Source of the DNA: Vicugna vicugna
Lineage: Eukaryota
Length of the DNA stretch: 64,000 nt
Reading direction: 5' to 3'
NCBI GenBank assembly: GCA_013265495.1
Contig: MU058205.1
Coordinates: 446,312 to 510,311 of the forward strand
The notes beneath the pieces are model-generated. The model had not been told where the DNA came from. It made no database searches and saw only the letters and a list, made by a program, of their open reading frames with translations. Below are positions 13,501 through 26,980 of the stretch, piece after piece (position 1 is the first letter of the stretch; every line of letters begins with the position of its first letter). The position numbers were made by a program, and so were the translations under genes.

Positions 13501-14979
13501 GGCTGGGTTAGGAATGTTTCATCCTGCAGACACAAGAGGGAAGAGGCCCTCAACCGAACGAGACTTGTTCCTAAAGCGCAAATGACCTTTCAGATTGAAA
13601 AGTCTCAAAGACAGGTAGACTGTGTTCCCACCGTCCAGATTCGAAACACAAAGACCAGAGATGAGATTTGATCCTTGACTAAAAACAACGGTAAAAACCA
13701 CACATGGATATGCAGGAGATGTTGATGAAGATGACTTGAGCCCTTTCTGTGTGCCAGGCACCGTTCTAGAGCTCCGCCTTTACTTCTCATTTAATCTTCA
13801 CAGTGATGAGGATGTGATGATGTTATTAATTAATTTAGCAGATGCAGGAGGTGGGGCACAGAGGTGTAAAGTCACTTGTGCAAGGTCTCACTGCCCAAGC
13901 GGCAGAGCAAGGAGAGCTACAGCCAGCAAGGGCCATGGAGGCAGAGTGTCTGCTTAGGGGACATCTGCCTCTGGGTGCTCAGTGGCGGTGTCCCCACCCT
14001 GGGTGTGCGGTGACAGTGTCCCCAGAAACAGCAGGTGCTTGTCTGTCGACTGCTCCTTTCTGTTTTTATTCCCCTGGTGACCAAAAACCAACCTGCCAAC
14101 AAAGCATTTGTCAGCCCCACAGTCAGGGTGGCACCTGTCTGGCCGCAGCAGAGAGGATGCCCCCCACGCCCCTCCCAGAAGGGGATTTTCTGCCCCTGTG
14201 CCAAGAGGTGCTGCCTTCTCCCCTCCCCACCGCCCCACCGTCCTGTGGGCTTAGTGGAGGCGCCCCAGGCATGGGGGGCTTTCCTACAGCAAGTTCTCTG
14301 TCAGGTTTGTACTCCAAGCGCAGAGACACCTGAATCTTATTCCTCAGATCCAGCAAGTCCCTGCAAGGTCTTATTTCCCACCCTGATTCCTGTAAGCGAT
14401 GAATTTGTACCTACTTGCCTAACAGGAAAGGTATATGAGTTCAGGGGGCAAAGTTCACCACGGCTGACCTCACTGTGACTCCTGGCTCTTTCATAAACTA
14501 CAAACCTGCTGGAGCACGCAGCGGAAGGAAGTGAAGAGGAGTCACCGCCTGGCCCCTGGCCTCAGTGACAGGGTTCTTTTGCTTTTAGGGGGCCCCTGAA
14601 GGCAGCCCGAGCCCCAGATCTTGCCCTTGGGTGGCCGGAGAGTGGATGAACTGGGTGGAGGCTGGAAGCTGGGGCCAGAAATGAGTTTAAACACTAAAAC
14701 TGAAAACATCTGGGGATCCCGGCCAGGTTTTAGCCCTCTCGTTTGCCTTCGGGGGAGGGACCCCAGGCCGACCTTCAGACAGTGTCCCCAGGATTACGCA
14801 AGGGCCGAGCAGAGCTTTGGCAGCAGGCCGGAGCACGGACGTGCCTGGGACATGCTGCGAACAAAGCACAGAGGAGAAGGAACAAACCAGCCTGTCCTTG
14901 TCCAGAGGGCGCCACTGTGTTCCTCCAACGTGACAGAACTGTTTCATCAAACCGCCTCATCACCGCCCCACGAAAGGCA

Positions 14980-15230
14980 CATCCTCCCAGACCAGAACCT
15001 GAGCGCCGCGCTGGGGCAAAGACCCTGAGCCCCGCCGTCAGGAGGCGGGCCAGCGCGGTCCCTCCGGGAGCTGCGGGGAGGGGGGGGGGCAGGGGCAGTG
15101 CCCGCCCCGCGTGACGAACCGCCTGCTCCCACTCGTGAGGGCAGAGCGGACGGGAGGGCCTCCGGAAACCGGCCGGGAGGGCGTCTGCAGGGGCTGCGCC
15201 GTCCCTGATTGATGGAGTCCTTTCAGGGCG
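14980..15230. promoter_or_regulatory. Small orphan CpG-rich island with GC boxes
   Basis: Dense CpG, GGCGGG/CCCGCCCC motifs and a G-run, in non-repeat sequence. Confidence 0.4.
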
Positions 15231-15508
15231 AGAGTGACAACAGCCACCCTCCACCTACCTCCTGCTAATTTGTCTTCTCAGGGCTTTAAATCATGGTGAC
15301 AGCCCTGCAGGCGCTCTCCCCAGTCGGGGGTTCCAGAGCCAGCCTGGCTGCTCCCAGCCCTCAAGGTGGTGGCCGGGGCATGGGCCTCAGCTCAGTCGGA
15401 TAATCAGTAGAGCAAGGACACTCTTTCTGTTGCCCACCCCACCCCCCCAAAAAAGGAAAAAGTCCTTGTCCTACCCAAAAGGCAAGATTACAGATGGGAG
15501 ATGGAGCG

Positions 15509-15978
15509 TGTTGTGCAGCAAAAGATTTGTAAGGATTTATTTAGGGAAAGAAAAGTGCACCTCCAAGAGCGGGAGGGGGGCCGACCTGAGGTAGGGAGAG
15601 CGGCGGGTTTCGTCTCCGCTTCCTCTTACACCCTCGGTTGGAGGTGGTCTTCTGACTGACTGAGAGCGCGTGTCCCTGGAATGCTTAGTCATGCTCCCTT
15701 CTGCACACGTCCTTACCCCCGGTGTATACAGAAAAACCCACAGCGCGCGGTGCCCTAAACCGCAGTGTTAATTATAATACAATGAATCTTGGGTCTTGTC
15801 CAGTCAATTGCTTTCTGCTACCGCGCAGTGGCTGTCAGGTTCTAATCAGTTTCTTGCTGGCATCATTTAGAAATAAAGCCCCTTTATGCTGGAGGCGGGC
15901 AGAACGCCATCTTCCAGACCATCCCCTCCTCTCCTCCATCTATCTGCCCAGTGCCCTCACTTATCTAACTACCCAACA
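15509..15978 (-). mobile_element. ERV1-class solo LTR
   Basis: TG...CA termini. Minus strand starts TGTTGGGTAGTTAGATAAG. TTTATT (antisense polyA signal) near 15537. Confidence 0.5.
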
Positions 15979-18900
15979 TTCTCATTGACTTAGAAGCTCC
16001 CTCAATTGAAAAAATAAAATAAAATAAAATAAAATATAGAAGCTAGAAAAAATGATTGACATTACGACTCACACTTAACGGTCGTATTACTGCTAAGCTT
16101 CAAAGCGAGCACCTGCTACTGTCAATACAGTGAACGCAAAAGCCCCAGGAGAGCTAAGTTCTTTTTAGAGAAAACAAATAACAAATTCTTCCACGTCACT
16201 TAAATCTTGCCGGGCTACGGGAATTTCCAACTGCCCAAGGCATCAGAGTGTCCGTTATCTCCACCCCCACCTTCAGTGCCAGACCACATCTTTGAGGTCT
16301 GCTGCCTTCTGCAAAAAAAAGAAATAAAAACTGCAGTACACTAGAAACCCTTTTTTCATTTTTCAGGGCACCAAGGTAGCTCGCTCTCCATGTGGTAGCT
16401 AGAGTCACAAGCGCAAAAAGTAAAGCAGGTAGAGGCAGAAATCAGGTAGGAAATGGAAACCAGGCGAGCTCGAAATGGGAGGAAAGCTTCAGGCAGCGAC
16501 GTGACAGGGCAATGGGGAGGGTGTGGGCGGTTTCTTCTCTGAGACCCGCCTTCCACAGCTAAAGGGAAGGCGAGCCATGCAATTATCAGGCAGCCAGGAA
16601 GCATTCATTATGCTCCCACTGGATGCTTGCCATTGTGTTCGGAATGAGAGGTTGTCTTTGAGATGATGTAGGCTCTTCTAGAAAAGGAAATCCAGCCTTA
16701 GAAATAGGAATCATCCAACGAGGCCCAGGGAACCCTTCCCGTCCTGCTTCTTATGACAGAATAGACTGCTTCTGACACAAGGAGGGAGGCCGGAGATGCA
16801 CTGTGACCCACTGATTCGGCTCAGAGGAGACGCTCCTCCCTTTATGTTCGATGGGCTGTCACCTCACTGTTCACCCCAAAATTGCAAACAGGAACTGAGG
16901 GCTGTGATTTACTTCCAAGGGTCTTGCTTCTCTGTCAAACGCACTGCAGCGGGAAAGTTCTAAGTGCCGCAGCCCCTGATCGCCTCCACCGTGGAGTCTG
17001 GTTTTTGAGTTTGATTCTAATATGATCAAAGCAGTAACTAGACAGGGGAGACACTGCCAAATGGGGATCTGATTAGGACTATCTGAATTTATACTCTAGC
17101 TGGCCAAAACCACATCTGAGCCACGGACAAACTCCAAAATTCCAGTGATTCTACAAGCTATCAGAATTAGAGACACATCATACCAAGTAGAGTGAAATGA
17201 CCAGTGGCAGGCAGCGTGGGACTCAAAGCAGAGGCCAGAGCGGGCAGGGATGGCCTTGGCCTTCTCACTCAGGGGGCTGGGCTGATTTGGGACAAAAAAT
17301 GGCAAAGACATCACTGTCAGAGGCACTATGGGCAGAGACATGAGGTGAAAATGAAACCAGCAGGTTTCTGAGGACATGTGACCAACCCAGAAGGCGGGGA
17401 AAGTGCACTTGAGGGGGAGACAGGGGTGAGGTCATCAGTCACACGGGGTCATCGCGGAATCTACGTGGGGGAAATCAAGATACTGAAGTAAATATTTTAC
17501 AAATAGTCATCTGGTATCAAAGTATAGAAAAGATATATGAATGTATATGTGTAAGTGAAACATTATGCTCTGCACCAGACATTGACACATTGTAACTGTC
17601 TATACTTCAATAAGTTTAAAAAAATGAAAAGATAGGAGTAAAGATAGAAGAAAGGCCGAGAAAGTTTCTAGGAAGCCCCTAAAGTCATCCAGCCCCCTAA
17701 GCCCCAAGGAAGTGCAGACAGGGAGGCTCAGGTAAGGCAAGAGACCCTCGAGATCAGAAAAGGCAGGATGCGGTGTCTGGGTGACTGCAGCAGCCAGAGC
17801 AGGAGGGAAAGGCGTGGAGATGTTGAGCTCTGTACTTCCAACTAACCTCATAGGACTTTCCATGGAAGCTGCCCTCGCTGCCACCGTTGTCGCATCCAAA
17901 TTCTGCCTTCAAATCGGAGGCTGATCCTGCAAGAAGACTAAGGTCTGAGGTCTCTCTGGTGGCTGTTTTCCTTAGGAGAAATTTCAGATGTTCTAACAGA
18001 GACCCCAAAGAGTCAGGACGTAGGTAGATGTCAATTTCTCTCTCCTGTAATCGTCCACGTGTGACAGCCCGGGGCTGGTGCAGCAGCCTCCCAGGGCTAA
18101 GACCAGGTCTCCCTTTCCAGTCACTCTGCCACCTCTGTAGTGCTTCCTTGTGGGCATTCTCCAAACAGGCTTGCTCTACCCCACCATGGTCTAGCAGCAG
18201 GATGGAGGCAGGGGTGGAAGGAGTGCATACTCCTTTCTTTTCAAGAAATGACCCAGGAGTCGCACCTGAGAATCTCCCTCACAGCCCTTTGAGCAGAGAT
18301 CAACAGAGTATGGCCACACCCAGGGACAGGGAATCCAGGAGGCTGAGTCTCTATCCTGGCAGCCCAGATGAAAATCCTATCTCTGTGAGAGAAGGCACAA
18401 ATGGATGTTGGAGGGGTTGCCTGCAGTTTCTGCCACGAAAGCACCTCACCTAAAGTAATCAATCAGACTGTGTTTGAGCAGTGTGGAAAGAATGGTCCAA
18501 GAAAATGATGGTACTGTTCACGTAACCCGAGGGATGAAGAGGGGGCCAGCAAGTGAAGTGAGATGCTTAACTCACATGGGGATGTTGCGATGAGTCTCTC
18601 AAGGAGCATGGCTCCTCCATTTAGAGACCTGGCCCTGTAGCTCAGGACAGGTTTGAACACCCAGGTGATGATGGCAGAGACCAGGAGTGTCCTCTACTGG
18701 GACCAAGAGGACGTGCCTTCTCTGAGACTGTCCAGCCAGCATTGTGGGTATGTTCCTCAACTGTCTCTCAAAAGGTAGTGTTGCCTACTCCCAACGGCAC
18801 TGGAGCTTAACCTTGAGGGAAAAAAGAGTTCCTTTTCCTACTGGGTCTGCCTTTGAGCTCTTGATAGATCACGATTTCTCCTTGCTAAGCAAGCTGGCAC

Positions 18901-19789
18901 CTTCCCGATGCCAGTGCCTTCTAGTGGGTGTGTATATTGGTGGGGAGGGGATGGCGAAGACTAGAACGGAAGAGTTGAGAATTTCCAAGCCATCTACTGT
19001 AGCGCTCGCTGCCTTTTCTTTGGCAGTCGCTAACAGTTTTTTTAATTTATTGAAGTATATTCGGTTGCAATGTGTCAGTTTCTGGTGTACAGCATAATGC
19101 TTCAGTCATACATACACATAGATATGTTTGTTTTCATATTCGCTAGCATTTTTAAGTGTCCTGAATTTTTCACTCCCCCATTGTTCATTTGCCTATTTTT
19201 AAAGTGTTTGTGTCAATAAGTAGGATCGAGGCCAAATGGACGGGCCAGCCCCTCACCTGGTAGCCAAGATGGAGCTCTGGCTGGCAGGAATGAGACTGGC
19301 TCCAGAATATAAAGTCGTCTCCCATTCCAGGCTGCTTGGCAAAGTCCTAGCTAAACTGGGGAGCCAGCAACCCATCCCTGTAGAAGATAGATGTAAATGT
19401 CAACTCTGAAGGAATGTGTGCGACAAATGTGGTGCCAAAGAAGGGCCATGTTCCAACCCACCACTCTGCTGAAGGCTCTCAAAATCACAACTGCAAAGAG
19501 CACTCTTTTGTCTGGCGACATTCTGAGCATCAAAAGATAAAAATGTATACTGAATTCTTTCTGTATTGGGACAAGATCTGAAAAGCCACACAGGATGTTT
19601 CGATCTACCTGGAGTGCAGGGTAAACCAACAGTAAAATGAAGTCCAGGTGATGCTTAATAATTTGGGTTTCTGGCCAACCAGCGAGGTACAGTTAGCAGA
19701 GAAGTAAGGTCATGCCCATTTTTAAGAGCTCTGTGAACTAATGAGGCAAATGTAATGAAGGCGCACCTGATGACCTTGCTTCCAGTACA

Positions 19790-20000
19790 GGAGGAAACTA
19801 ATATTTACTGAGTACATCGTACATGTTGGACACCAGAGATGCCACCTCATTGATCATCCCAGCAATCCTAAGTGATGGATCTTGTTATTCCTGTCCTACA
19901 GATGGGGAGCCCCAAGTTCTGAGAGGTGAAGTAACTCACCCAAGGTCACACAGCTAGTAAGGCGTGCGGACAGGTTATGAACCCAAGTCAGTCTTCCTAC
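19790..20000. mobile_element. MIR (duplicated at ~25069-25279)
   Basis: TACAGATGGGGAG...GAGAGGTGAAGTAACTCACCCAAGGTCACACAGCTAGTAAG core. Confidence 0.8.
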
Positions 20001-20354
20001 GGTAACTTACTTGTAAGGAAAGGAGATTTACGAGTAATCCAAGCTGGAATATTGCAGCTTAATATTTATGCCATGTCCTTTCAATAGAGCAGGATAAGAC
20101 AAAACTTCAGAGTGAGGTGTTGGATACCATCTCATAGGATGAATGAACAGTGGTAAAAACGCACTGTCAAAAAGAAATGTGCAGTGTAGACACAAAGAAT
20201 TCTTCACAGTAGTATATAAAAAGGTGAACATTATCATAAAATACCCAGAATTTTTATCAGAAAATATTGCATAAAATCTTGAAAGTACAGTGTCTCTATA
20301 AAATGTAATAGCTATAGATTAGAAAAATTAAAATATCTATTTTAAAACCAAACT

Positions 20355-20520
20355 GGGAGGGAGGGTATAGCTCAGTGGTAGTGTATGCTTAGCATGCACA
20401 AGGTCCTGGGTTCAATCCCCAGTATCTCCATTAAAAATAAATAATTAAGGAAACCTAATTACTTCCTCTGTCCACTGAAAAAAAGCAAAAAACAAAAAAT
20501 TAGAAAAAAAATTAAAACAA
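20355..20520 (+). mobile_element. vic-1-like SINE (duplicated at ~25634-25799)
   Basis: GGGAGGGTATAGCTCAGTGGTAG (A box)...GGTTCAATCCC (B box)...A-rich tail. Confidence 0.9.
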
Positions 20521-21318
20521 ACCAAATAAGAATGGACAAAATAAAAATATTCTATGTGGCATCAAATTAGGTTATTTAAAGAAATATGAAACCTACCAGA
20601 ATGATGATTAAAACTAGAGGACTGAAAATACCAAAAGTCAGTGAAGATCTGAAGCAACTAAGTTCTCAGACACCACTTGGTTGGAGGTTAAACTGTTTGT
20701 TTGGTTTTTTTTTAACTGTTTAACATTATTCGCTGAAACTAAGCATATACCTACACTCTGGCCCAATAATTCGACCCCTAAGTGAATATTCAACACAAAG
20801 CAAGTGATGTGTCTACCAAAGACCCAGGCACTCCTGGCAAGTCCGTTTACGATGACCAAAAACTGGAGAGAACCCAAATGTCTCTTTCCAGTAGATGGAT
20901 GTTTCCCATCTCTTGGCTTTAAGGCCATCCAGGATTTCGTACTGTTTTCCTGATCCAAACTTATTCTCCTTAAAAGCTCGCATTCCCAAACAAGCAAAGT
21001 GCCGCAACACCAGTCCCCACCGGGCGCGGTAAGGAAACAACATGGGTACCCTGGAACTTGTGCCGGCAGGGCAGCCGAGGTCAAAGGATGAAGGACTGAG
21101 AAACCAGCCTTGGGAGTCAGAGGCAGAGAACGAATTACCCTGGGAAGGTTTGCCTGTGCTTACATTTCAAAGGGTAATAAAACCTGGATCCATCCGCTTC
21201 CGTTCCCAAGAGCTGTAACACTCCATGGACAGTGTTTTTATTTAAAGAAGGAAGCAATTCACAAAAGGGCTAATAAACATAAAATTGTCCAAACGCACTG
21301 ATACTCAAAAAAAAAAAA

Positions 21319-24300
21319 AAGCTAGAAAAAATGATTGACATTACGACTCACACTTAACGGTCGTATTACTGCTAAGCTTCAAAGCGAGCACCTGCTACTG
21401 TCAATACAGTGAACGCAAAAGCCCCAGGAGAGCTAAGTTCTTTTTAGAGAAAACAAATAACAAATTCTTCCACGTCACTTAAATCTTGCCGGGCTACGGG
21501 AATTTCCAACTGCCCAAGGCATCAGAGTGTCCGTTATCTCCACCCCCACCTTCAGTGCCAGACCACATCTTTGAGGTCTGCTGCCTTCTGCAAAAAAAAG
21601 AAATAAAAACTGCAGTACACTAGAAACCCTTTTTTCATTTTTCAGGGCACCAAGGTAGCTCGCTCTCCATGTGGTAGCTAGAGTCACAAGCGCAAAAAGT
21701 AAAGCAGGTAGAGGCAGAAATCAGGTAGGAAATGGAAACCAGGCGAGCTCGAAATGGGAGGAAAGCTTCAGGCAGCGACGTGACAGGGCAATGGGGAGGG
21801 TGTGGGCGGTTTCTTCTCTGAGACCCGCCTTCCACAGCTAAAGGGAAGGCGAGCCATGCAATTATCAGGCAGCCAGGAAGCATTCATTATGCTCCCACTG
21901 GATGCTTGCCATTGTGTTCGGAATGAGAGGTTGTCTTTGAGATGATGTAGGCTCTTCTAGAAAAAGAAATCCAGCCTTAGAAATCAGAATCATCCAACGA
22001 CGCCCAGGGAACCCTTCCCGTCCTGCTTCTTATGACAGAATAGACTGCTTCTGACACAAGGAGGGAGGCCGGAGATGCACTGTGACCCACTGATTCGGCT
22101 CAGAGGAGACGCTCCTCCCTTTATGTTCGATGGGCTGTCACCTCACTGTTCACCCCAAAATTGCAAACAGGAACTGAGGGCTGTGATTTACTTCCAAGGG
22201 TCTTGCTTCTCTGTCAAACACACTGCAGCGGGAAAGTTCTAAGTGCCGCAGCCCCTGATCGCCTCCACCGTGGAGTCTGGTTTTTGAGTTTGATTCTAAT
22301 ATGATCAAAGCAGTAACTAGACAGGGGAGACACTGCCAAATGGGGATCTGATTAGGACTATCTGAATTTATACTCTAGCTGGCCAAAACCACATCTGAGC
22401 CACGGACAAACTCCAAAATTCCAGTGATTCTACAAGCTATTGGAATTAGAGACACATCATACCAAGTAGAGTGAAATGACCAGCGGCAGGCAGCGTGGGA
22501 CTCAAAGCAGAGGCCAGAGCGGGCAGGGATGGCCTTGGCCTTCTCACTCAGGGGGCTGGGCTGATTTGGGACAAAAAATGGCAAAGACATCACTGTCAGA
22601 GGCACTATGGGCAGAGACATGAGGTGAAAATGAAACCAGCAGGTTTCTGAGGACATGTGACCAACCCAGAAGGCGGGGAAAGTGCACTTGAGGGGGAGAC
22701 AGGGGTGAGGTCATCAGTCACACGGGGTCATCGCGGAATCTACGTGGGGGAAATCAAGATACTGAAGTAAATATTTTACAAATAGTCATCTGGTATCAAA
22801 GTATAGAAAAGATATATGAATGTATATGTGTAAGTGAAACATTATGCTCTGCACCAGACATTGACACATTGTAACTGACTATACTTCAATAAGTTTAAAA
22901 AAATGAAAAGATAGGAGTAAAGATAGAAGAAAGGCCGAGAAAGTTTCTAGGAAGCCCCTAAAGTCATCCAGCCCCCTAAGCCCCAAGGAAGTGCAGACAG
23001 GGAGGCTCAGGTAAGGCAAGAGACCCTCGAGATCAGAAAAGGCAGGATGCGGTGTCTGGGTGACTGCAGCAGCCAGAGCAGGAGGGAAAGGCGTGGAGAT
23101 GTTGAGCTCTGTACTTCCAACTAACCTCATAGGACTTTCCATGGAAGCTGCCCTCGCTGCCACCGTTGTCGCATCCAAATTCTGCCTTCAAATCGGAGGC
23201 TGATCCTGCAAGAAGACTAAGGTCTGAGGTCTCTCTGGTGGCTGTTTTCCTTAGGAGAAATTTCAGATGTTCTAACAGAGACCCCAAAGAGTCAGGACGT
23301 AGGTAGATGTCAATTTCTCTCTCCTGTAATCGTCCACGTGTGACAGCCCGGGGCTGGTGCAGCAGCCTCCCAGGGCTAAGACCAGGTCTCCCTTTCCAGT
23401 CACTCTGCCACCTCTGTAGTGCTTCCTTGTGGGCATTCTCCAAACAGGCTTGCTCTACCCCGCCATGGTCTAGCAGCAGGATGGAGGCAGGGGTGGAAGG
23501 AGTGCATACTCCTTTCTTTTCAAGAAATGACCCAGGAGTCGCACCTGAGAATCTCCCTCACAGCCCTTTGAGCAGAGATCAACAGAGTGTGGCCACACCC
23601 AGGGACAGGGAATCCAGGAGGCTGAGTCTCTATCCTGGCAGCCCAGATGAAAATCCTATCTCTGTGAGAGAAGGCACAAATGGATGTTGGAGGGGTTGCC
23701 TGCAGTTTCTGCCACGAAAGCACCTCACCTAAAGTAATCAATCAGACTGTGTTTGAGCAGTGTGGAAAGAATGGTCCAAGAAAATGATGGTACTGTTCAC
23801 GTAACCCGAGGGATGAGGAGGGGGCCAGCAAGTGAAGTGAGATGCTTAACTCACATGGGGATGTTGCGATGAGTCTCTCAAGGAGCATGGCTCCTCCATT
23901 TAGAGACCTGGCCCTGTAGCTCAGGACAGGTTTGAACACCCAGGTGACGATGGCAGAGACCAGGAGTGTCCTCTACTGGGACCAAGAGGACGTGCCTTCT
24001 CTGAGACTGTCCAGCCAGCATTGTGGGTATGTTCCTCAACTGTCTCTCAAAAGGTAGTGTTGCCTACTCCCAACGGCACTGGAGCTTAACCTTGAGGGAA
24101 AAAAGAGTTCCTTTTCCTACTGGGTCTGCCTTTGAGCTCTTGATAGATCACGATTTCTCCTTGCTAAGCAAGCTGGCACCTTCCCGATGCCAGTGTCTTC
24201 TAGTGGGTGTGTATATTGGTGGGGAGGGGATGGCGAAAACTAGAACGGAAGCGTTGAGAATTTCCAAGCCATCTACTGTAGCGCTCGCTGCCTTTTCTTT

Positions 24301-26597
24301 GGCAGTCTCTAACAATTTTTTTAATTTATTGAAGGATATTCGGTTGCAATGTGTCAGTTTCTGGTGTACAGCATAATGCTTCAGTCATACATACACATAG
24401 ATATGTTTGTTTTCATATTCGCTAGCATTTTTAAGTGTCCTGAATTTTTCACTCCCCCATTGTTCATTTGCCTATTTTTAAAGTGTTTGTGTCAATAAGT
24501 AGGATCGAGGCCAAATGGACGGGCCAGCCCCTCACCTGGTAGCCAAGATGGAGCTCTGGCTGGCAGGAATGAGACTGGCTCCAGAATATAAAGTCGTCTC
24601 CCATTCCAGGCTGCTTGGCAAAGTCCTAGCTAAACTGGGGAGCCAGCAACCCATCCCTGTAGAAGATAGATGTAAATGTCAACTCTGAAGGAATGTGTGC
24701 GACAAATGTGGTGCCAAAGAAGGGCCATGTTCCAACCCACCACTCTGCTGAAGGCTCTCAAAATCACAACTGCAAAGAGCACTCTTTTGTCTGGCGACAT
24801 TCTGAGCATCAAAAGATAAAAATGTATACTGAATTCTTTCTGTATTGGGACAAGATCTGAAAAGCCACACAGGATGTTTCGATCTACCTGGAGTGCAGGG
24901 TAAACCAACAGTAAAATGAAGTCCAGGTGATGCTTAATAATTTGGGTTTCTGGCCAACCAGCGAGGTACAGTTAGCAGAGAAGTAAGGTCATGCCCATTT
25001 TTAAGAGCTCTGTGAACTAATGAGGCAAATGTAATGAAGGCGCACCTGATGACCTTGCTTCCAGTACAGGAGGAAACTAATATTTACTGAGTACATCGTA
25101 CATGTTGGACACCAGAGATGCCACCTCATTGATGATCCCAACAATCCTAAGTGATGGATCTTGTTATTCCTGTCCTACAGATGGGGAGCCCCAAGTTCTG
25201 AGAGGTGAAGTAACTCACCCAAGGTCACACAGCTAGTAAGGCGTGCGGACAGGTTATGAACCCAAGTCAGTCTTCCTACGGTAACTTACTTGTAAGGAAA
25301 GGAGATTTACGAGTAATCCAAGCTGGAATATTGCAGCTTAATATTTATGCCATGTCCTTTCAATAGAGCAGGATAAGACAAAACTTCAGAGTGAGGTGTT
25401 GGATACCATCTCATAGGATGAATGAACAGTGGTAAAAACGCACTGTCAAAAAGAAATGTGCAGTGTAGACACAAAGAATTCTTCACAGTAGTATATAAAA
25501 AGGTGAACATTATCATAAAATACCCAGAATTTTTATCAGAAAATATTGCATAAAATCTTGAAAGTACAGTGTTTCTATAAAATGTAATAGCTATAGATTA
25601 GAAAAATTAAAATATCTATTTTAAAACCAAACTGGGAGGGAGGGTATAGCTCAGTGGTAGTGTATGCTTAGCATGCACAAGGTCCTGGGTTCAATCCCCA
25701 GTATCTCCATTAAAAATAAATAATTAAGGAAACCTAATTACTTCCTCTGTCCACTGAAAAAAAGCAAAAAACAAAAAATTAGAAAAAAAATTAAAACAAA
25801 CCAAATAAGAATGGACAAAATAAAAATATTCTATGTGGCATCAAATTAGGTTATTTAAAGAAATATGAAACCTACCAGAATGATGATTAAAACTAGAGGA
25901 CTGAAAATACCAAAAGTCAGTGAAGATCTGAAGCAGCTAAGTTCTCAGACACCACTTGGTTGGAGGTTAAACTGTTTGTTTGGTTTTTTTTTAACTGTTT
26001 AACATTATTCGCTGAAACTAAGCATATACCTACACTCTGGCCCAATAATTCGACCCCTAAGTGAATATTCAACACAAAGCAAGTGATGTGTCTACCAAAG
26101 ACCCAGGCACTCCTGGCAAGTCCGTTTACGATGACCAAAAACTGGAGAGAACCCAAATGTCTCTTTCCAGTAGATGGATGTTTCCCATCTCTTGGCTTTA
26201 AGGCCATCCAGGATTTCGTACTGTTTTCCTGATCCAAACTTATTCTCCTTAAAAGCTCGCATTCCCAAACAAGCAAAGTGCCGCAACACCAGTCCCCACC
26301 GGGCGCGGTAAGGAAACAACATGGGTACCCTGGAACTTGTGCCGGCAGGGCAGCCGAGGTCAAAGGATGAAGGACTGAGAAACCAGCCTTGGGAGTCAGA
26401 GGCAGAGAACGAATTACCCTGGGAAGGTTTGCCTGTGCTTACATTTCAAAGGGTAATAAAACCTGGATCCATCCGCTTCCGTTCCCAAGAGCTGTAACAC
26501 TCCATGGACAGTGTTTTTATTTAAAGAAGGAAGCAATTCACAAAAGGGCTAATAAACATAAAACTGTCCAAATGCACTGATACTCAGAAAAAAAAGC
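21319..26597 (+). repeat. Tandem segmental duplication, copy 2
   Basis: Head-to-tail copy of 16040-21318. About 25 substitutions and no internal indels found by eye. Confidence 0.97.
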
Positions 26598-26809
26598 AAC
26601 AAAAGTCAGTACTAGTTTTTGCTTATCAGTTTAGCAAAGAGTTCTTAAATGTTTTGATATCTAGTGTTGGAAAGGTGAGAGTAAGCCTTCTCACACACCA
26701 CTGGTCCCTCAGTAACAAGTCACTCAATGCCTGAACGCGGATCCACGCAAAGGTTGCAACTCCAACGGCCTCATCACAGGGGTATTTGTGATAGAAAAAC
26801 CGAATGATC

Positions 26810-26980
26810 CAATACCTTGTAATAGCCTATAATGAAAAAGAATATGAAAAGGAATATATATATATACACACACATATATATAGATACATATATATATGTA
26901 AAACTGAATCACTATGCTATACACCAGAAATTAACACAACATTGTAAACTGACTTTCCTTCAATAATAAAAAAAAAAAAC
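26810..26980 (+). mobile_element. Young L1 3' end fragment
   Basis: CTTGTAATAGCCTATAATGAAAAAGAATATG...AACTGAATCACTATGCTATACACCAGAAATTAACACAACATTGTAAAC and poly(A). Confidence 0.8.

Larger units (their letters stand above)
16040..21318 (+). repeat. Tandem segmental duplication, copy 1 (5,279-bp unit)
   Basis: Sequence and every ORF-track entry recur at a constant +5279 offset (e.g. 16196 to 21475, 21110 to 26389). Confidence 0.97.

Noticed and set aside
20355..20430. tRNA-like sequences with A and B boxes (about 14 in the window)
   Set aside because: These are SINE heads with a shared body, A-rich tail and often a TSD, not tRNA genes.
16196..26580. ORFs repeated identically in the duplicated unit
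   Set aside because: Identity reflects the recent duplication. No known domain or convincing exon structure was seen.
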